Below, one piece after another: positions 16,958-27,589 of a stretch of DNA of 64,000 bases. The stretch spans positions 188,416 through 252,415 of the forward strand of contig CAVPPV010000001.1 in the NCBI GenBank assembly GCA_963707325.1, written 5' to 3'. Under the pieces are notes generated by a model. It searched no databases and had not been told where the DNA came from. It saw nothing but the letters and a program-made list of their open reading frames with translations. Source of the DNA: an uncultured Acidobacteriaceae bacterium (lineage in GTDB: Bacteria; Acidobacteriota; Terriglobia; Terriglobales; Acidobacteriaceae). Positions within the stretch are counted from its first letter, which is position 1, and each line of letters starts with the position of its first letter. The translations under genes and the position numbers were made by a program.

Positions 16958-18320
16958 TTATTCGTAGCGTAGGGCTTCGGCGGGGAGGGTTCTGCCGGCG
17001 GACCAGGAGGGGTAGAGCGTCGCTATGAACGAGACTCCTATTGCTACCAGAGCTACCAATACTCCATCCATGAGGCGCGGGGCGAAGGGGACGTAGTCGA
17101 TGGAGTAGACCTCGGGGGAGAGCGAGATCATGTGGTAATGACCTCCTGCATACGAGATGGCATAGCCTAACAGCAGGCCGATGGCGGTGCCGATCACGCC
17201 GATTAGAACGCCTTGAGCGATGAAGATGTTGCGGACCTGCGACTTGCGGGTGCCCATCGACATGAGCACGGCGATGTCTTTGGTTTTTTCCATGACCATC
17301 ATGATCAGGGAAATCAGAATGTTGAGAGCGGCTACGAAGACGATCAGGCCGATGGTGATGAATGTGACCAGGCGTTCGAGGCGCAGGGCGTGAAAGAGGG
17401 CTTTGTTCTGCTCCATCCAGTTGGTGGCCATGAAGCCTTTGCCGGCTGCGTCTTCCAGGTCGCGGGAAACCTGGTCGGCTTTGTAGATGTCGTCGACCTT
17501 GAACTCGATGACCGAGATCAGGTCACCCAGGCCGAAGAGGCGCTGCGCGTCGGAGAGGCGCGTGAAGGCCCATGAGGAGTCGTAGTCGTAGAAACCTGAG
17601 TTGAAGATTCCTACTACGCGGAAGCGGCTGTATTTTGGGACCATGCCGAATGGGGTTAGTTCGCCTTGCGGGTCTGGTGACCAGGACTACGGAGCCTACG
17701 CTTGCGCCGAGGTTGTCGGCCATGTCTTTGCCAAGGATGATGGGAGGCATGGCGGCTACGCGGGCTTGGACTGCGGAGAGGGAGTCGGGGGAGTCTTCGG
17801 AGGGTGGTGCTGTGGTCGCTGGCGCTCCCTGGACGGCCGAGGCGGCCGTCCCCACATGGCCGTCCTTCGAGGCAGCCGTCCCCACATGATCTTCTTCTTC
17901 CAGAGCCTCGGCGGAACCTTCTTTTATGGTGTTGAGGAGGTCGCCTACTTTTCGTTCGTCGGCGGGGATCATGCCTTTGAGGACGGCGCCGCGGGCGCGG
18001 GGTCCGCGGGAGATGAGGACCTGCTCGAAAATTGCGGGAGCGGCGGCTACTACGTGCGGCTGTTTGGAGAGGCGAGTGAGAAGAGGCGGCCAATCTTTGA
18101 TGCCATCGTCGGCGATGCGGAGGAGGCTGACGTGGGAGGTGGATCCGATGAGGCGCTCCTGCAAATCCTGGCGAAAGCCGTTGTTGATGGCGAGGGCGAC
18201 GATGAGCGAGGCTACGCCGGCGGCGACCCCAATGATCGAAATGCCGGTGATGATGCCGATGAAGGCTTGCCTTCTTTTTGCTCGCAAGTATCGGGTTGCG
18301 ATGAAGAGTTCGAAGCGCAT
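16958..18320 (-). pseudogene. LolC/E-family (FtsX-like) ABC permease with apparent frameshift and in-frame REP insert
   Basis: ORF pieces are 17523-18320 (MRFELFIATRYLRAKRR..) and 16958-17644 (MVPKYSRFRVVGIF..). The frames join as VLVTRPQGELTPFGMVPKY if one G of the run at 17670-17672 is removed. Confidence 0.85.
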
Positions 18321-18470
18321 GGGAGCGGCTTTCAGCCAAGTCGGATTATAGCTAGTGAGTCTTCGAGTTGGGGGCGTAGGCAAAATAAAAGCTTTCAACG
18401 CAGAGGACACTGAGGACTGCCGCGGAGAACGCGGAGTTGGAGCCGGCTTGGATTGATTTGCTTGCGGCCC

Positions 18471-19076
18471 TCATCTTAGCTTGGGCAGAACGGCTGGTAC
18501 TGTGGATCGATAGCGGCGGTATTCTTCGCCGAAGCGTGTCTCCAGTTCTTTATCTTCCATTCTTATCATCACCGTGCCGGTTACGATTGCGAAGGCGGTC
18601 AGGGCCCAGCAGACGGCGAGGCCCGAGCCCAGGCTCCAGGCCAGCATCTCGCAGACGTGGCCGAGATAGACGGGATGGCGCACGCGGGCGCGGATGCCCG
18701 TGGTGACGAGGTGTTGGTGGCTGTGGTTAGGCAGAAGTTCGGGTAGTCCGCCGAGCTGTGTGAGGGTGAAGTGGGTCTGCGAGAACTTGTAGAGCAGCAG
18801 GCCGGCGCAGAATAGAGCGGCGGCAGGGATCCACATCCAGTTGCTTTCATAGAAGAACACGTTGCGCCATGGGTACGTAATCGCGGCCGCGAGCGCCCAC
18901 ATTGCGATCCAGAGGGGTAGGAGTATTTTGTAGGGCGAGGTGTGGCGGGCGCGCCAAGATTCTGCGCGGAGATGAATCAGGAGCCAGAACGCGGGGATCG
19001 TCGAGTAGACTACGCAGGCGATCCAGGCGATAGTGCGCAGCAGGGTCAGCATGAGTCGATTTTCTACAGCAGACAA
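18471..19076 (-). CDS. Isoprenylcysteine carboxyl / phospholipid methyltransferase family membrane protein
   Basis: Multi-TM protein with RHPVYLG motif. Alternative ATG start at 19052. Confidence 0.75.
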   Translation of the reverse strand: MSAVENRLMLTLLRTIAWIACVVYSTIPAFWLLIHLRAESWRARHTSPYKILLPLWIAMWALAAAITYPWRNVFFYESNWMWIPAAALFCAGLLLYKFSQTHFTLTQLGGLPELLPNHSHQHLVTTGIRARVRHPVYLGHVCEMLAWSLGSGLAVCWALTAFAIVTGTVMIRMEDKELETRFGEEYRRYRSTVPAVLPKLR

Positions 19077-19100
19077 TTGCTGCCTGAACGACTTGAATCG

Positions 19101-19496
19101 TTATGACAAGCGCGTAACTCCGGGAAAACCGTCGAAGCCGGTATCGAAAGTCAAAATGCGCTCGATGCCATGCTGCTCCATGATGGCAAGGTGCACAGCA
19201 TCCCGTGCGGATAACTGGCGTCGGCCGAGAACAATTTCTTTGGCCCGCTCGGCAGTTGCGCGATCCACGGCGAGCACCTGATCCACGACACCAAGCAAAA
19301 CGTCGAACGCGGGCTGGATAGCGTCGCGGCGATTGATGGCGACATAGCGGTGCAAGATTTCCTGCAGGACCTCGGCGTCAGTGACCAGGCGCTCGCGCTC
19401 GCTCACCAGTTTTTCGAGCCACCGTTGCGCGTCGTTTCTGTGGGGGTGTGAAACGCCAACGAGATACATGGGAACGTTGGAATCGACGAAAATCAC
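19101..19496 (-). CDS. vapC: PIN-domain toxin VapC
   Basis: [32 protein letters not shown] acidic PIN residues. 4-nt overlap with the upstream antitoxin. Confidence 0.85.
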   Translation of the reverse strand: MIFVDSNVPMYLVGVSHPHRNDAQRWLEKLVSERERLVTDAEVLQEILHRYVAINRRDAIQPAFDVLLGVVDQVLAVDRATAERAKEIVLGRRQLSARDAVHLAIMEQHGIERILTFDTGFDGFPGVTRLS

Positions 19497-19750
19497 GGCC
19501 GGAGACCAGTACCGTAGCCACTCTCGATTTCGGCCAGCATCCTGTCGATATCCCCGGTGGGAAAGTCGTGCTTGGTAGCGGCCCGGATGATTTCAAGTTT
19601 CTTCCCGGCATCGCCAAGAGGCTCGCGGTGACGGGCCCGGTCCAAGGCTTGCCGCACCCACTCGGCAAGGGTCATACGGCGCGAGCGCGCAATCCGCTGA
19701 ATTTCGCGGTATTCGGGGTCCTGAAGAATCACCTGAAGTCGTTTTGTCAC
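19493..19750 (-). CDS. vapB: Ribbon-helix-helix antitoxin (VapB-like)
   Basis: [36 protein letters not shown] overlap with vapC. Confidence 0.8.
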   Translation of the reverse strand: MTKRLQVILQDPEYREIQRIARSRRMTLAEWVRQALDRARHREPLGDAGKKLEIIRAATKHDFPTGDIDRMLAEIESGYGTGLRP

Positions 19751-19874
19751 AAGATGAGCTTACTTGACTCATAGGGATGAGTCAAGTTGTATCCTGCCTA
19801 TATTACTCATAGTTTTCAAAAGGGACATGCGTTCGCGTGCGTTCTGTGGCACATTAGAGGATCACGTTAAAGCA

Positions 19875-21158
19875 ATGCCCGCATCTGCCGACTCCAGAGC
19901 TGGACGCATCGCGTTTACGCATCCGGACTTCGTGCTGTTTCAGATTGCGCGCTTCCTTATTGTGGCTGCCGTGGAAATGCAGGCGGTCGCGGTGGGATGG
20001 CAGGTTTACGACATCACGCATCGCGCTCTCGACTTGGGGCTGGTGGGGCTGGCGCAGTTTCTGCCGGGCATTTTGCTGTTTCTGGTTTCCGGGCATGCGT
20101 CCGATCACTTCGAGCGGCGGAAGGTGCTGGGAGCGTGCTATGCGGGATATGCGCTGTGTTCGGGACTGCTGCTGGTGATCGCGGAGCGCGGCGCGCATTC
20201 AGTTCGGCCCATCTATGCGGTGCTGATTCTGCTGGGCGTGGTGCGGTCGTTTAATGGAACGGCCAGCCGGTCGATTTTGCCGCAACTGGTTCCTGACGAA
20301 CATTTCGCCAATGCTGTGGCTTGGAATGCGACCACGTTTCAGGCGGCGACGATTCTTGGTCCGTCGCTGGGAGGAATTCTGTATGCGGCGTTTCGCGGGC
20401 CTTCGGCGGTTTATGCGACAGCGCTGCTGACGGCGGTGGGCGCGCTGGTGTCGATGTTCCGGATCAAGACGCGGCCGCAGGCACGGCGGCGCGAACCCAC
20501 GACGCTGAAGACGGTGCTGGCGGGATTGCACTTTATCTGGCGCGAGAAGATGGTTCTGGGCGCGATTTCTCTGGACCTGTTTGCGGTGTTGCTGGGCGGG
20601 GCGGTGGCGCTGCTTCCGGTGTATGCGCGCGAGATTCTGCACACCGGGCCGTGGGGACTGGGATTGTTGCGGACGGCTCCGGGAGTGGGTGCGGCGCTGA
20701 TGGCGGTGGCGGTGGCGCATCGTCCGCTGCGGGGACGGGCCGGGCCTACGCTGCTGTGGTCGGTGGCTGGGTTTGGAATCTGCACGATTCTTTTTGGCGT
20801 CTCGACCAGTTTGGCGCTGTCGCTGATTTCGCTGATCTTTTTGGGTGCGGCGGACATGGTCAGCGTGATCATTCGCGCCACGCTGGTGCAGTTGCGCACT
20901 CCTGATGAGATGCGGGGGCGCGTGATGGCTGTGGATATGGTTTTCATTGGGACGTCGAATGAATTGGGGCAGTTTGAGTCGGGAGTGACGGCGCAGTGGT
21001 TTGGCACGGTTCCGGCGGTGTTGCTGGGAGGAGTGGGGACGCTGGTGGTGATTGCTCTGTGGGCTTGGAGGTTCCCGGAGTTGCGGCGCGCGGGGAAGTT
21101 GCATGCCATGAAGAGTTTGGCGGAGGAGATGGCGGAGGAGGGGGAGAGGGTGCAGTAG
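19875..21158 (+). CDS. MFS transporter (EntS-like MFS_3)
   Basis: About 12 TM segments. FTHPDFVLFQIARFL..LDLGLVGLAQFLP. Confidence 0.85.
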   Translation: MPASADSRAGRIAFTHPDFVLFQIARFLIVAAVEMQAVAVGWQVYDITHRALDLGLVGLAQFLPGILLFLVSGHASDHFERRKVLGACYAGYALCSGLLLVIAERGAHSVRPIYAVLILLGVVRSFNGTASRSILPQLVPDEHFANAVAWNATTFQAATILGPSLGGILYAAFRGPSAVYATALLTAVGALVSMFRIKTRPQARRREPTTLKTVLAGLHFIWREKMVLGAISLDLFAVLLGGAVALLPVYAREILHTGPWGLGLLRTAPGVGAALMAVAVAHRPLRGRAGPTLLWSVAGFGICTILFGVSTSLALSLISLIFLGAADMVSVIIRATLVQLRTPDEMRGRVMAVDMVFIGTSNELGQFESGVTAQWFGTVPAVLLGGVGTLVVIALWAWRFPELRRAGKLHAMKSLAEEMAEEGERVQ

Positions 21159-21327
21159 CGAGGTTGGTTGTTAGGTACCTCGGGGGCTGAAGCCCACAAT
21201 CAAAGCGGAGTTTTATCAACGCGCTGGAAGCGCTGCGCCACCCAAAAGCGGAGTGCGTCGTAGAAATGCCTTGCTGGGCCACGGGTGCCGGCAAGGGAAA
21301 AGCGATCCCCTCGGCTTCGCTCGGGGC

Positions 21328-21389
21328 GGGCTCTTCGACTGCGGTTGTGCTTCGCATTCGCGAAGCCGCAACCTTCGCTCAGGATGACA
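21328..21389 (+). repeat. REP family B element
   Basis: Same family as 7887-7948. Confidence 0.8.
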
Positions 21390-21418
21390 GAGTTATAAGG
21401 GAACTTCCATTGATCGAG

Positions 21419-22705
21419 CGTTATTTTCGTCTTGCCGAGAACCAGACGACCATTCGCCGCGAGGTGATTGGCGGGCTTACTACGTTTCTGACGATGGCTT
21501 ACATCGTCGTCGTGAATCCGCAGATTCTCGCGCAGGCAGGGATGCCCGCCGAGGGCGTGGTTTTCGCGACTTGCATCTCTTCGGCTGCGGCTACGCTGGT
21601 GATGGGGCTTTATGCCAATTATCCCATCGCGCTGGCGCCGGGCATGTCGCTCAACGCGTATTTCACTTACTCGGTGTGCCTCGGCCTGCATGTTCCGTGG
21701 CGGACGGCGCTGGGCGTCATCTTCTTTTCTGGAGTGTTCTTTCTGATTCTCACGGTGACGCGGGTGCGGGAGCAGATCGTCAACGGAATCCCCGGATGCC
21801 TCAAACACTCCACGGCCGCGGGCATCGGCATGTTCATTGCTTTCGTCGGATTACGCAACGCGAAGCTGGTGGTGGCGAATCCGGCGACGTTTGTGGGGCT
21901 GGGGAATTTTTCCGATCACGAGGTGCAGGCGGCGTGCTTCGGTCTGGCTCTGGCGGTGGTGCTCATGGTGCGGAAGGTGAGCGGGGCGATCCTGATCAGC
22001 ATCTTTGCGACGACTTTGCTAGGGATTCTTCGCGGGATGGCGAATTGGCCGGCGGCAATTTTTTCTTTGCCGCATCCTTCTTATACCTGGTTGCAATTGG
22101 ACCTGCGAGGCGCAATGCATCTCGGGTTGCTGGAAATTATTTTTGTGTTTCTATTTGTGGATCTTTTCGACAACGTGGGCACGCTGGTGGGCGTTTGCGA
22201 GCAGGGCGGGTTCGTTCGGGACGGAAAGATTTCGCGCGTGGGGCGCGCCCTGGTTTCCGATGCAGTGGGAACGATCTTTGGGGCGCTGACCGGAACTTCA
22301 ACGGTGACGAGTTACATTGAGAGCGCGGCGGGAGTGGCTGCGGGGGCGCGAACCGGGCTGAGCAACGTGGTCGTGGCTGGATTGTTTCTTGCGGCTGCGT
22401 TCTGCTCGCCCCTGGCGACGGCGATTCCCGGCTATGCGACCGCTCCGGCCTTGATTCTGGTGGGGGCGTTGATGACGGAATCGATTGCGCGGGTGGAGTG
22501 GAAAGATTTCACGGAGGGGTTGCCCGCTTTTGTGACGATTGTGGCGACGCCGCTGACGTTCAGTATCGCTACGGGATTGAGCCTGGGGCTGATTTCTTAC
22601 ACTTTGGTGAAAGTGGCCGCAGGGAAGTTTCGCGAGGTCAGTCTGCTGCTGTGGATTCTTACCGGGTTGTTCATTTTGCGGTACATCTATTTGGCGGCGG
22701 GGTGA
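21419..22705 (+). CDS. NCS2-family purine permease (AzgA-like adenine/guanine/hypoxanthine)
   Basis: IERYFRL..TTIRREVIGGLTTFLTMAYIVVVNPQIL. A TTG start at 21419 is inferred, because the longer ORF runs through a REP. Confidence 0.88.
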   Translation, partial: RYFRLAENQTTIRREVIGGLTTFLTMAYIVVVNPQILAQAGMPAEGVVFATCISSAAATLVMGLYANYPIALAPGMSLNAYFTYSVCLGLHVPWRTALGVIFFSGVFFLILTVTRVREQIVNGIPGCLKHSTAAGIGMFIAFVGLRNAKLVVANPATFVGLGNFSDHEVQAACFGLALAVVLMVRKVSGAILISIFATTLLGILRGMANWPAAIFSLPHPSYTWLQLDLRGAMHLGLLEIIFVFLFVDLFDNVGTLVGVCEQGGFVRDGKISRVGRALVSDAVGTIFGALTGTSTVTSYIESAAGVAAGARTGLSNVVVAGLFLAAAFCSPLATAIPGYATAPALILVGALMTESIARVEWKDFTEGLPAFVTIVATPLTFSIATGLSLGLISYTLVKVAAGKFREVSLLLWILTGLFILRYIYLAAG

Positions 22706-22739
22706 GGTCCTGAAGGCCGTCTGGGATGTCGCACCCTCA

Positions 22740-22801
22740 GGGCTGAAGCCCGTGTCAAGAAGAGGATGCCTTTCGCCGCGCTGAAGCGCCGCTCTTCCAC
22801 G
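22740..22801 (+). repeat. REP family A doublet
   Basis: gggctgaagccc ... gccgcgctgaagcgccgctcttccacg. Confidence 0.8.
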
Positions 22802-22833
22802 TTACCGCACGCATCGGCGCCCGTGCGCGAAAA

Positions 22834-25185
22834 CTACTTTTGCCGGATCAGGGTTTTGGCGGCGCCGAGGTTTTCGTAGCGATCATAGACGCGGACTACT
22901 ACTACGTGTTCGGAAGACAGCCCGCCGTCTTTTGCCGCTTCGGGCGCTACCTTGAAGTCGTAATTTTCGATTTTGGCGTCGGAGAGCTGGCCTACCGGTT
23001 CGACGTACTTCCATTCACCGGCGTCAATGGAATATTCCGCGCGCTTGATAGGGGAGAAGCCGTCAGCGGCGCGGAAGGTGACGTGAATCTGTCCAGCTTC
23101 GACGGACGCCGCGAGATTTTCGATGCGCGGGGGAGTTGTGTCTACTTCGAAGCGGCGGCTTTCTCTGGACGCCGTTAAGGCTTCGCCGGGCGAGTGCGAG
23201 GGCGCGTCGGAGGCGACGACCTTCACCGTATAGCCGCCATCGGGCAGGAGGCTGGCGTCGAAGGAGTAGGCCTTGTCGGTGAGATTGTCTTTGAGGAGGA
23301 GCCAGCGGGATTCGCCGTCGCCGCGGTAGAAGAGGCTGTAGACGAGCTGGTCGTCGTTCTCGTCGTGGGCGCTCCACTTCACTCCGATGGAATCGCGATC
23401 GTGCGAACTAGGGGTTGGGGTTTCGAAATGCGCCCCGGAGGATCCGCCAAAAGGCGATCCACTGGAATCTGATCCCAGGCTGATGCCCGATGTTTTCGGC
23501 AATGGCAGATACTTGACCCCGACCTGTACGGTGACGTCGTCGATCTCGGGAGCGGCATTCTTGGGCAGGTAGTTCAGCGTCACGCTGTCCACGCCGGGGG
23601 CGGCGGATGCCGCGTGCAGCACGGCTTTCCATTGGGCGTAGCGGGCGGCGGGAATTCCGGTTTCGGCGTTCTTTGCCAAGTCGATCTTTTTCCAGGGGCT
23701 CCAGTTGCGGTCGGGATTGTCGACGTTGCCGCTGCGGGCAAAAAGTTCGACGCTGCCCGCACCGCGAAAGTCGGCGCGTCCCCAGCGGGAGAAAATCCTG
23801 GCGTCGAACACGTCGCTTTCATACTTGCCTTCGGCTTCTGGGCCCGGCCCCAGCACAAATAATTTTCCCAGATTGCTGGTAGCGGCATAGAGGCCGCCGC
23901 CGGGAGACTTGGCGAAGGCGGTGACCTGCGAGGCCGGAGCTTTCAGCAGATCGGAAAAATCGTCGAGGCCGGTGATGGCAAAGATGTGGCCACGATTGCC
24001 GGTGCCGGCCAGCAGGCGTGATTGCGAATCGAAGGCGAGGGCGTAGACGATATCCTCGTGGGAGGTCCATATTCTTGCGGGGGAACCGTCGGGAGCGATG
24101 CGGTAAACGTCGGAGCCCCCGCTGGCGCCGCCACCGGGGAATGGAAACGGGCCCGCAATTGGGGGCGTGCTGGGCGCGGTGATCGTGATGCCCGGAACCT
24201 GCGGCGTGGCACCCGCGGTGGGTGTGTTGGAGCCCAGGGTCAGAAGTGACGCGGCCATGCCGGAGGAAGTGGGCCCGGTTCCGCCGCGTTTCTCGCCCAC
24301 GGCTGCGGCGTAAATATTTCCCGCGCTGTCGAGCGCGAGGGCGGTGATTTCCTTCTTGGGTGCGCTGTAGAGGACGAATCCCTCGCCTGCAGGAGAGATG
24401 CGATAGATCAAACCGCTGCCGTCGGAGCCGGCAATCAGGTTGTCCTGCGTATCAAAGGCGAGTACGCGGATGTGAGTTTCATCGCTCTTGAAGAAGACGG
24501 AATGCTCGCCTTTGGGAGTGACGCGATAGATTTCGCCGTGGTCGCCGGTGGCTACGTAGAGATTGCCGGACTTGTCGAGCGCGAGGTCCCAGATATATTT
24601 TGTGCCGGGCTCGAAGTAGACGGAGGAAGTCCAGGAGGGATCGGCGGCGGGTTTGTCTTTGTCCTTATCTTTCTCGTCTTTGTCTTTTTCCTTGTCTTTA
24701 TCTTTATCTTTGTCGGGCGCTGCGGCTTGGGGCGGGTCTACTTTGGCCTGCGTCTTGGATCTGGGCTTGTGTTCGAGCTTGTAGACCTTGCCGTCGGGAG
24801 CGGTGGCGGCGTAGATGGCGCCTCCGGGAGCGGTCTGGAGAGCCTGTACCTGGAGTTCTTTGGGCTCGAAAATGATTGTGGCTTTGCCGTCGGGCGCGAT
24901 GCGGTAGACGCGCGCGGGCGCGCCTGCGGCGACGTAAACGTTGCCGGCGTCGTCGGATGCAATGGCCCAGATATAGGTGGAGGGGGTGGCATAGAGGCTC
25001 TTGAAGGTGGGCGCGAGTTCGAGGCCGCCAGTGCTGCGAATGGCGACGCCCGTGGGCGTGCCCTTGGTCAGCTCGTCAAATTTCGATTGCTCCCAGGTGC
25101 GCGTGCCTTCGGCGAAGGCGGGCGGAATGAGGGTCGTGAGAATGAAGGTGGTAAGGAAGAAGGAAAACTTTCGCGGACTGTGCAA
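22834..25185 (-). CDS. Secreted beta-propeller repeat protein with C-terminal Ig / Y_Y_Y-like domains
   Basis: Signal peptide. Repeated GN(V/I/L)YVA/YAA..G.(V/I)YR(I/V)..DG blades. DK-rich linker. LVYSLFYRGDGESRW motif. Confidence 0.75.
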   Translation of the reverse strand: MHSPRKFSFFLTTFILTTLIPPAFAEGTRTWEQSKFDELTKGTPTGVAIRSTGGLELAPTFKSLYATPSTYIWAIASDDAGNVYVAAGAPARVYRIAPDGKATIIFEPKELQVQALQTAPGGAIYAATAPDGKVYKLEHKPRSKTQAKVDPPQAAAPDKDKDKDKEKDKDEKDKDKDKPAADPSWTSSVYFEPGTKYIWDLALDKSGNLYVATGDHGEIYRVTPKGEHSVFFKSDETHIRVLAFDTQDNLIAGSDGSGLIYRISPAGEGFVLYSAPKKEITALALDSAGNIYAAAVGEKRGGTGPTSSGMAASLLTLGSNTPTAGATPQVPGITITAPSTPPIAGPFPFPGGGASGGSDVYRIAPDGSPARIWTSHEDIVYALAFDSQSRLLAGTGNRGHIFAITGLDDFSDLLKAPASQVTAFAKSPGGGLYAATSNLGKLFVLGPGPEAEGKYESDVFDARIFSRWGRADFRGAGSVELFARSGNVDNPDRNWSPWKKIDLAKNAETGIPAARYAQWKAVLHAASAAPGVDSVTLNYLPKNAAPEIDDVTVQVGVKYLPLPKTSGISLGSDSSGSPFGGSSGAHFETPTPSSHDRDSIGVKWSAHDENDDQLVYSLFYRGDGESRWLLLKDNLTDKAYSFDASLLPDGGYTVKVVASDAPSHSPGEALTASRESRRFEVDTTPPRIENLAASVEAGQIHVTFRAADGFSPIKRAEYSIDAGEWKYVEPVGQLSDAKIENYDFKVAPEAAKDGGLSSEHVVVVRVYDRYENLGAAKTLIRQK

Positions 25186-25454
25186 TTTCAGACCTCAGAG
25201 CGTCGTTGTGGGGATAGTTCAGGTTAACACGGGCGGCGGATTAGAACGACGCAGCGCTGAAGCGCTGCGGCACCCGAAGGCTGGGCCTGCCCAGCGCCTC
25301 GCTGCGCTCGGCTGGACAGCCGAGGCGGCTGTCCTCACACAGTACGAACTGAGGTCGGCGAGGCGCTCGTCCCCACACGAGCGGGTTGGACAGCCGAGGT
25401 GGGTGTCCCCACACGAGCACCTAGAATGATTCTCCGTGGTATCGTAAAGAATCC

Positions 25455-26123
25455 ATGCATTCCTCGCGCCAGGATTTGTTGCGCCTGCTTGCCTATAAGT
25501 CGTTCCGTCTGGGCGAGTTCAAGTTGTCTTCCGGCGGGACCAGCGACTACTACATCGACTGCCGCACTACGACTCTGGATGCCAAGGGTTCGCGCCTGAC
25601 TGGCGAAGTTTTTTGCGACGAGATCCGGCAGCGGGGGTGGAAGCCGCAGGCCATTGGCGGACTTACGATGGGGGCTGATCCGATTGTGGTGGCGGCTGCG
25701 GTGGTGAGCGGCGAACTGCACGGGTTTCTGGTGCGCAAGGCGGAAAAGCAGCACGGGACTGGGCAGCGGATCGAGGGCTTTCGCGTGAAGGGGGCGCGGG
25801 TGGTGATCGTGGACGATGTCTGCACGACCGGCGCTTCTACGGTGCAGGCGATTGAGGCGGCGCGCGAGTTCGGGTTCAACGTGGTTGGGGTGATGTGCCT
25901 GGTGGAGCGCGAAGAAGCAAAGGGACGGCCTGGTGTGGAGAAGGCTGCGGCGCCGGCGCCGTTTGTGTCGATCTTCACGGCGCGGGATGTTCGGGCGGAA
26001 CATATTTTGCAGACGGATGATACGGCACCGTCGGTGTTTGCGGTTTCGGCCGTGTGCGAAATTTGCGGGCGGCCGGCGGTGACGAATAATCCCCGGAATC
26101 TTTGTGAGGCGCATCGAGTGTAG
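25455..26123 (+). CDS. pyrE: Orotate phosphoribosyltransferase
   Basis: FRLGEFKLSSGGTSDYYID..VVIVDDVCTTGAST PRPP motif. Cys-containing C-terminal extension. Confidence 0.9.
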   Translation: MHSSRQDLLRLLAYKSFRLGEFKLSSGGTSDYYIDCRTTTLDAKGSRLTGEVFCDEIRQRGWKPQAIGGLTMGADPIVVAAAVVSGELHGFLVRKAEKQHGTGQRIEGFRVKGARVVIVDDVCTTGASTVQAIEAAREFGFNVVGVMCLVEREEAKGRPGVEKAAAPAPFVSIFTARDVRAEHILQTDDTAPSVFAVSAVCEICGRPAVTNNPRNLCEAHRV

Positions 26124-26286
26124 CGATCGCTGCGTTGCCATGCAACTGGTGGTGGGAACGCCTTGCCGGGCCAATGCTGGTGCAGGCGGGCAAGGGGTCC
26201 TTCGGCTGCGCATTTGCTCCCGCTTCGCGTGAGCAAATGCTTCGCTCAGGATGACAACGCGTTTTCGGAGGTTCAACAATACCTCA

Positions 26287-27342
26287 ATGATTCAAACTCT
26301 GGAATGGACGGAACAGGGCGTACGCTTCATCGATCAGACGAAGCTGCCTACGGAAGAAACCTACGTGACCTGCACGACGCATGAGCAGGTGGCTGATGTG
26401 ATCCGGACGATGGTGGTGCGGGGAGCGCCGGCCATCGGCGTGGCGGCGGCTATGGGGATTGCCTTGGGCGTGAAGAACTCTAAGGCAGAGACCGCCGGCG
26501 AGCTCAAGCGGGAACTCGACCAGATCTGCGACAACATGGGCAAGACGCGGCCTACGGCGGTCAACCTTTTCTGGGCCATCCGGCGCATGCAAGAGAAGTT
26601 TGAGCGGGTGCGCATTCGTCCTATCGCGCAGATCAAACAGGACCTTGTCGAGGAATCGCAACGCATGCACGCGGAGGACATTGCCGCGAACCAGGCCATG
26701 GGACGCCACGGTGCTACGCTGATGCCGAGCGAAGGCGGAGTGCTGACGCACTGCAATGCGGGAGCGCTGGCTACTGCGGGATACGGGACCGCGCTGGGCG
26801 TGATCCGCGCGGCGGTCGAGCAGGGGAAGAAGATTCACGTATACGCGGACGAGACGAGGCCATTTCTGCAGGGCTCGCGGCTGACGGCGTGGGAGCTGAT
26901 GAAGGATGGCATCCCGACCACCGTGATCTCCGACAACATGGCCGGGGCGATGATGAGCCAGGACAAGATTGACGCGATCGTGGTGGGGGCGGACCGGATA
27001 GCGGCGAATGGGGATGTGGCCAACAAGATTGGCACATATTCGGTCGCGGTGCTGGCGCGAGAGCACAGCATTCCCTTCTACGTGGCTGCGCCGATGTCGA
27101 CCATCGACTTTGCCTGTCCCGACGGCAGCAAGATTCCCATCGAGCAGAGGAATGCGAAGGAAGTCACGCACATTGGCGGGAAACAGATGACGCCGGACGG
27201 CGTATCGGTTGAGAACCCGGCCTTCGATGTGACTCCGGCAAAGTATGTGAGAGCGATCATCACGGAACGGGGTATTGCGCGGGAGCCTTATGAGGAGTCC
27301 TTGCGCAAGCTGGCTGGGGCAGAGGCCAAGGTGGGGGTTTAG
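26287..27342 (+). CDS. mtnA: S-methyl-5-thioribose-1-phosphate isomerase
   Basis: [51 protein letters not shown]. Confidence 0.92.
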   Translation: MIQTLEWTEQGVRFIDQTKLPTEETYVTCTTHEQVADVIRTMVVRGAPAIGVAAAMGIALGVKNSKAETAGELKRELDQICDNMGKTRPTAVNLFWAIRRMQEKFERVRIRPIAQIKQDLVEESQRMHAEDIAANQAMGRHGATLMPSEGGVLTHCNAGALATAGYGTALGVIRAAVEQGKKIHVYADETRPFLQGSRLTAWELMKDGIPTTVISDNMAGAMMSQDKIDAIVVGADRIAANGDVANKIGTYSVAVLAREHSIPFYVAAPMSTIDFACPDGSKIPIEQRNAKEVTHIGGKQMTPDGVSVENPAFDVTPAKYVRAIITERGIAREPYEESLRKLAGAEAKVGV

Positions 27343-27452
27343 AGGTTGTTATGTTGGCCGCCGTTGTGGATTTAAGCATATCGGGGAGTGATGTAGGTCA
27401 CATCCAGAGAGGGACAGCGGGAGTAGAGTTTGAGAGGCGCCCTTTTCCAGCA

Positions 27453-27490
27453 GGGAACTCGCAGGAGTACAGCGGCGAGTTCCCTTTGTG
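27453..27490 (+). terminator. Candidate intrinsic terminator downstream of mtnA
   Basis: gggaactcgc-N12-gcgagttccc followed by tttgtg. Confidence 0.4.
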
Positions 27491-27589
27491 ATCCTATGGT
27501 CCGAAGGTGCCATGGGGAGCACAGGCTCTGGTGTGAGAAGATGGCCCCACTTACTGTTTCCACCGGCGGCAACCTAGGGTCGGGACAGG

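Noticed and set aside
21159-21418. Purine riboswitch upstream of the NCS2 purine permease
   Set aside because: The spacer is occupied by REP family A and B elements. I could not see the conserved purine-riboswitch junction or loop sequences. A cmscan would be needed to exclude it formally.
24640-24720. Short-period repeat in the beta-propeller gene (gtctttgtccttatctttctc..)
   Set aside because: It encodes an in-frame DKDKDKEKDK low-complexity linker inside a continuous 783-aa ORF. It is not a separate repeat element or a CRISPR array.
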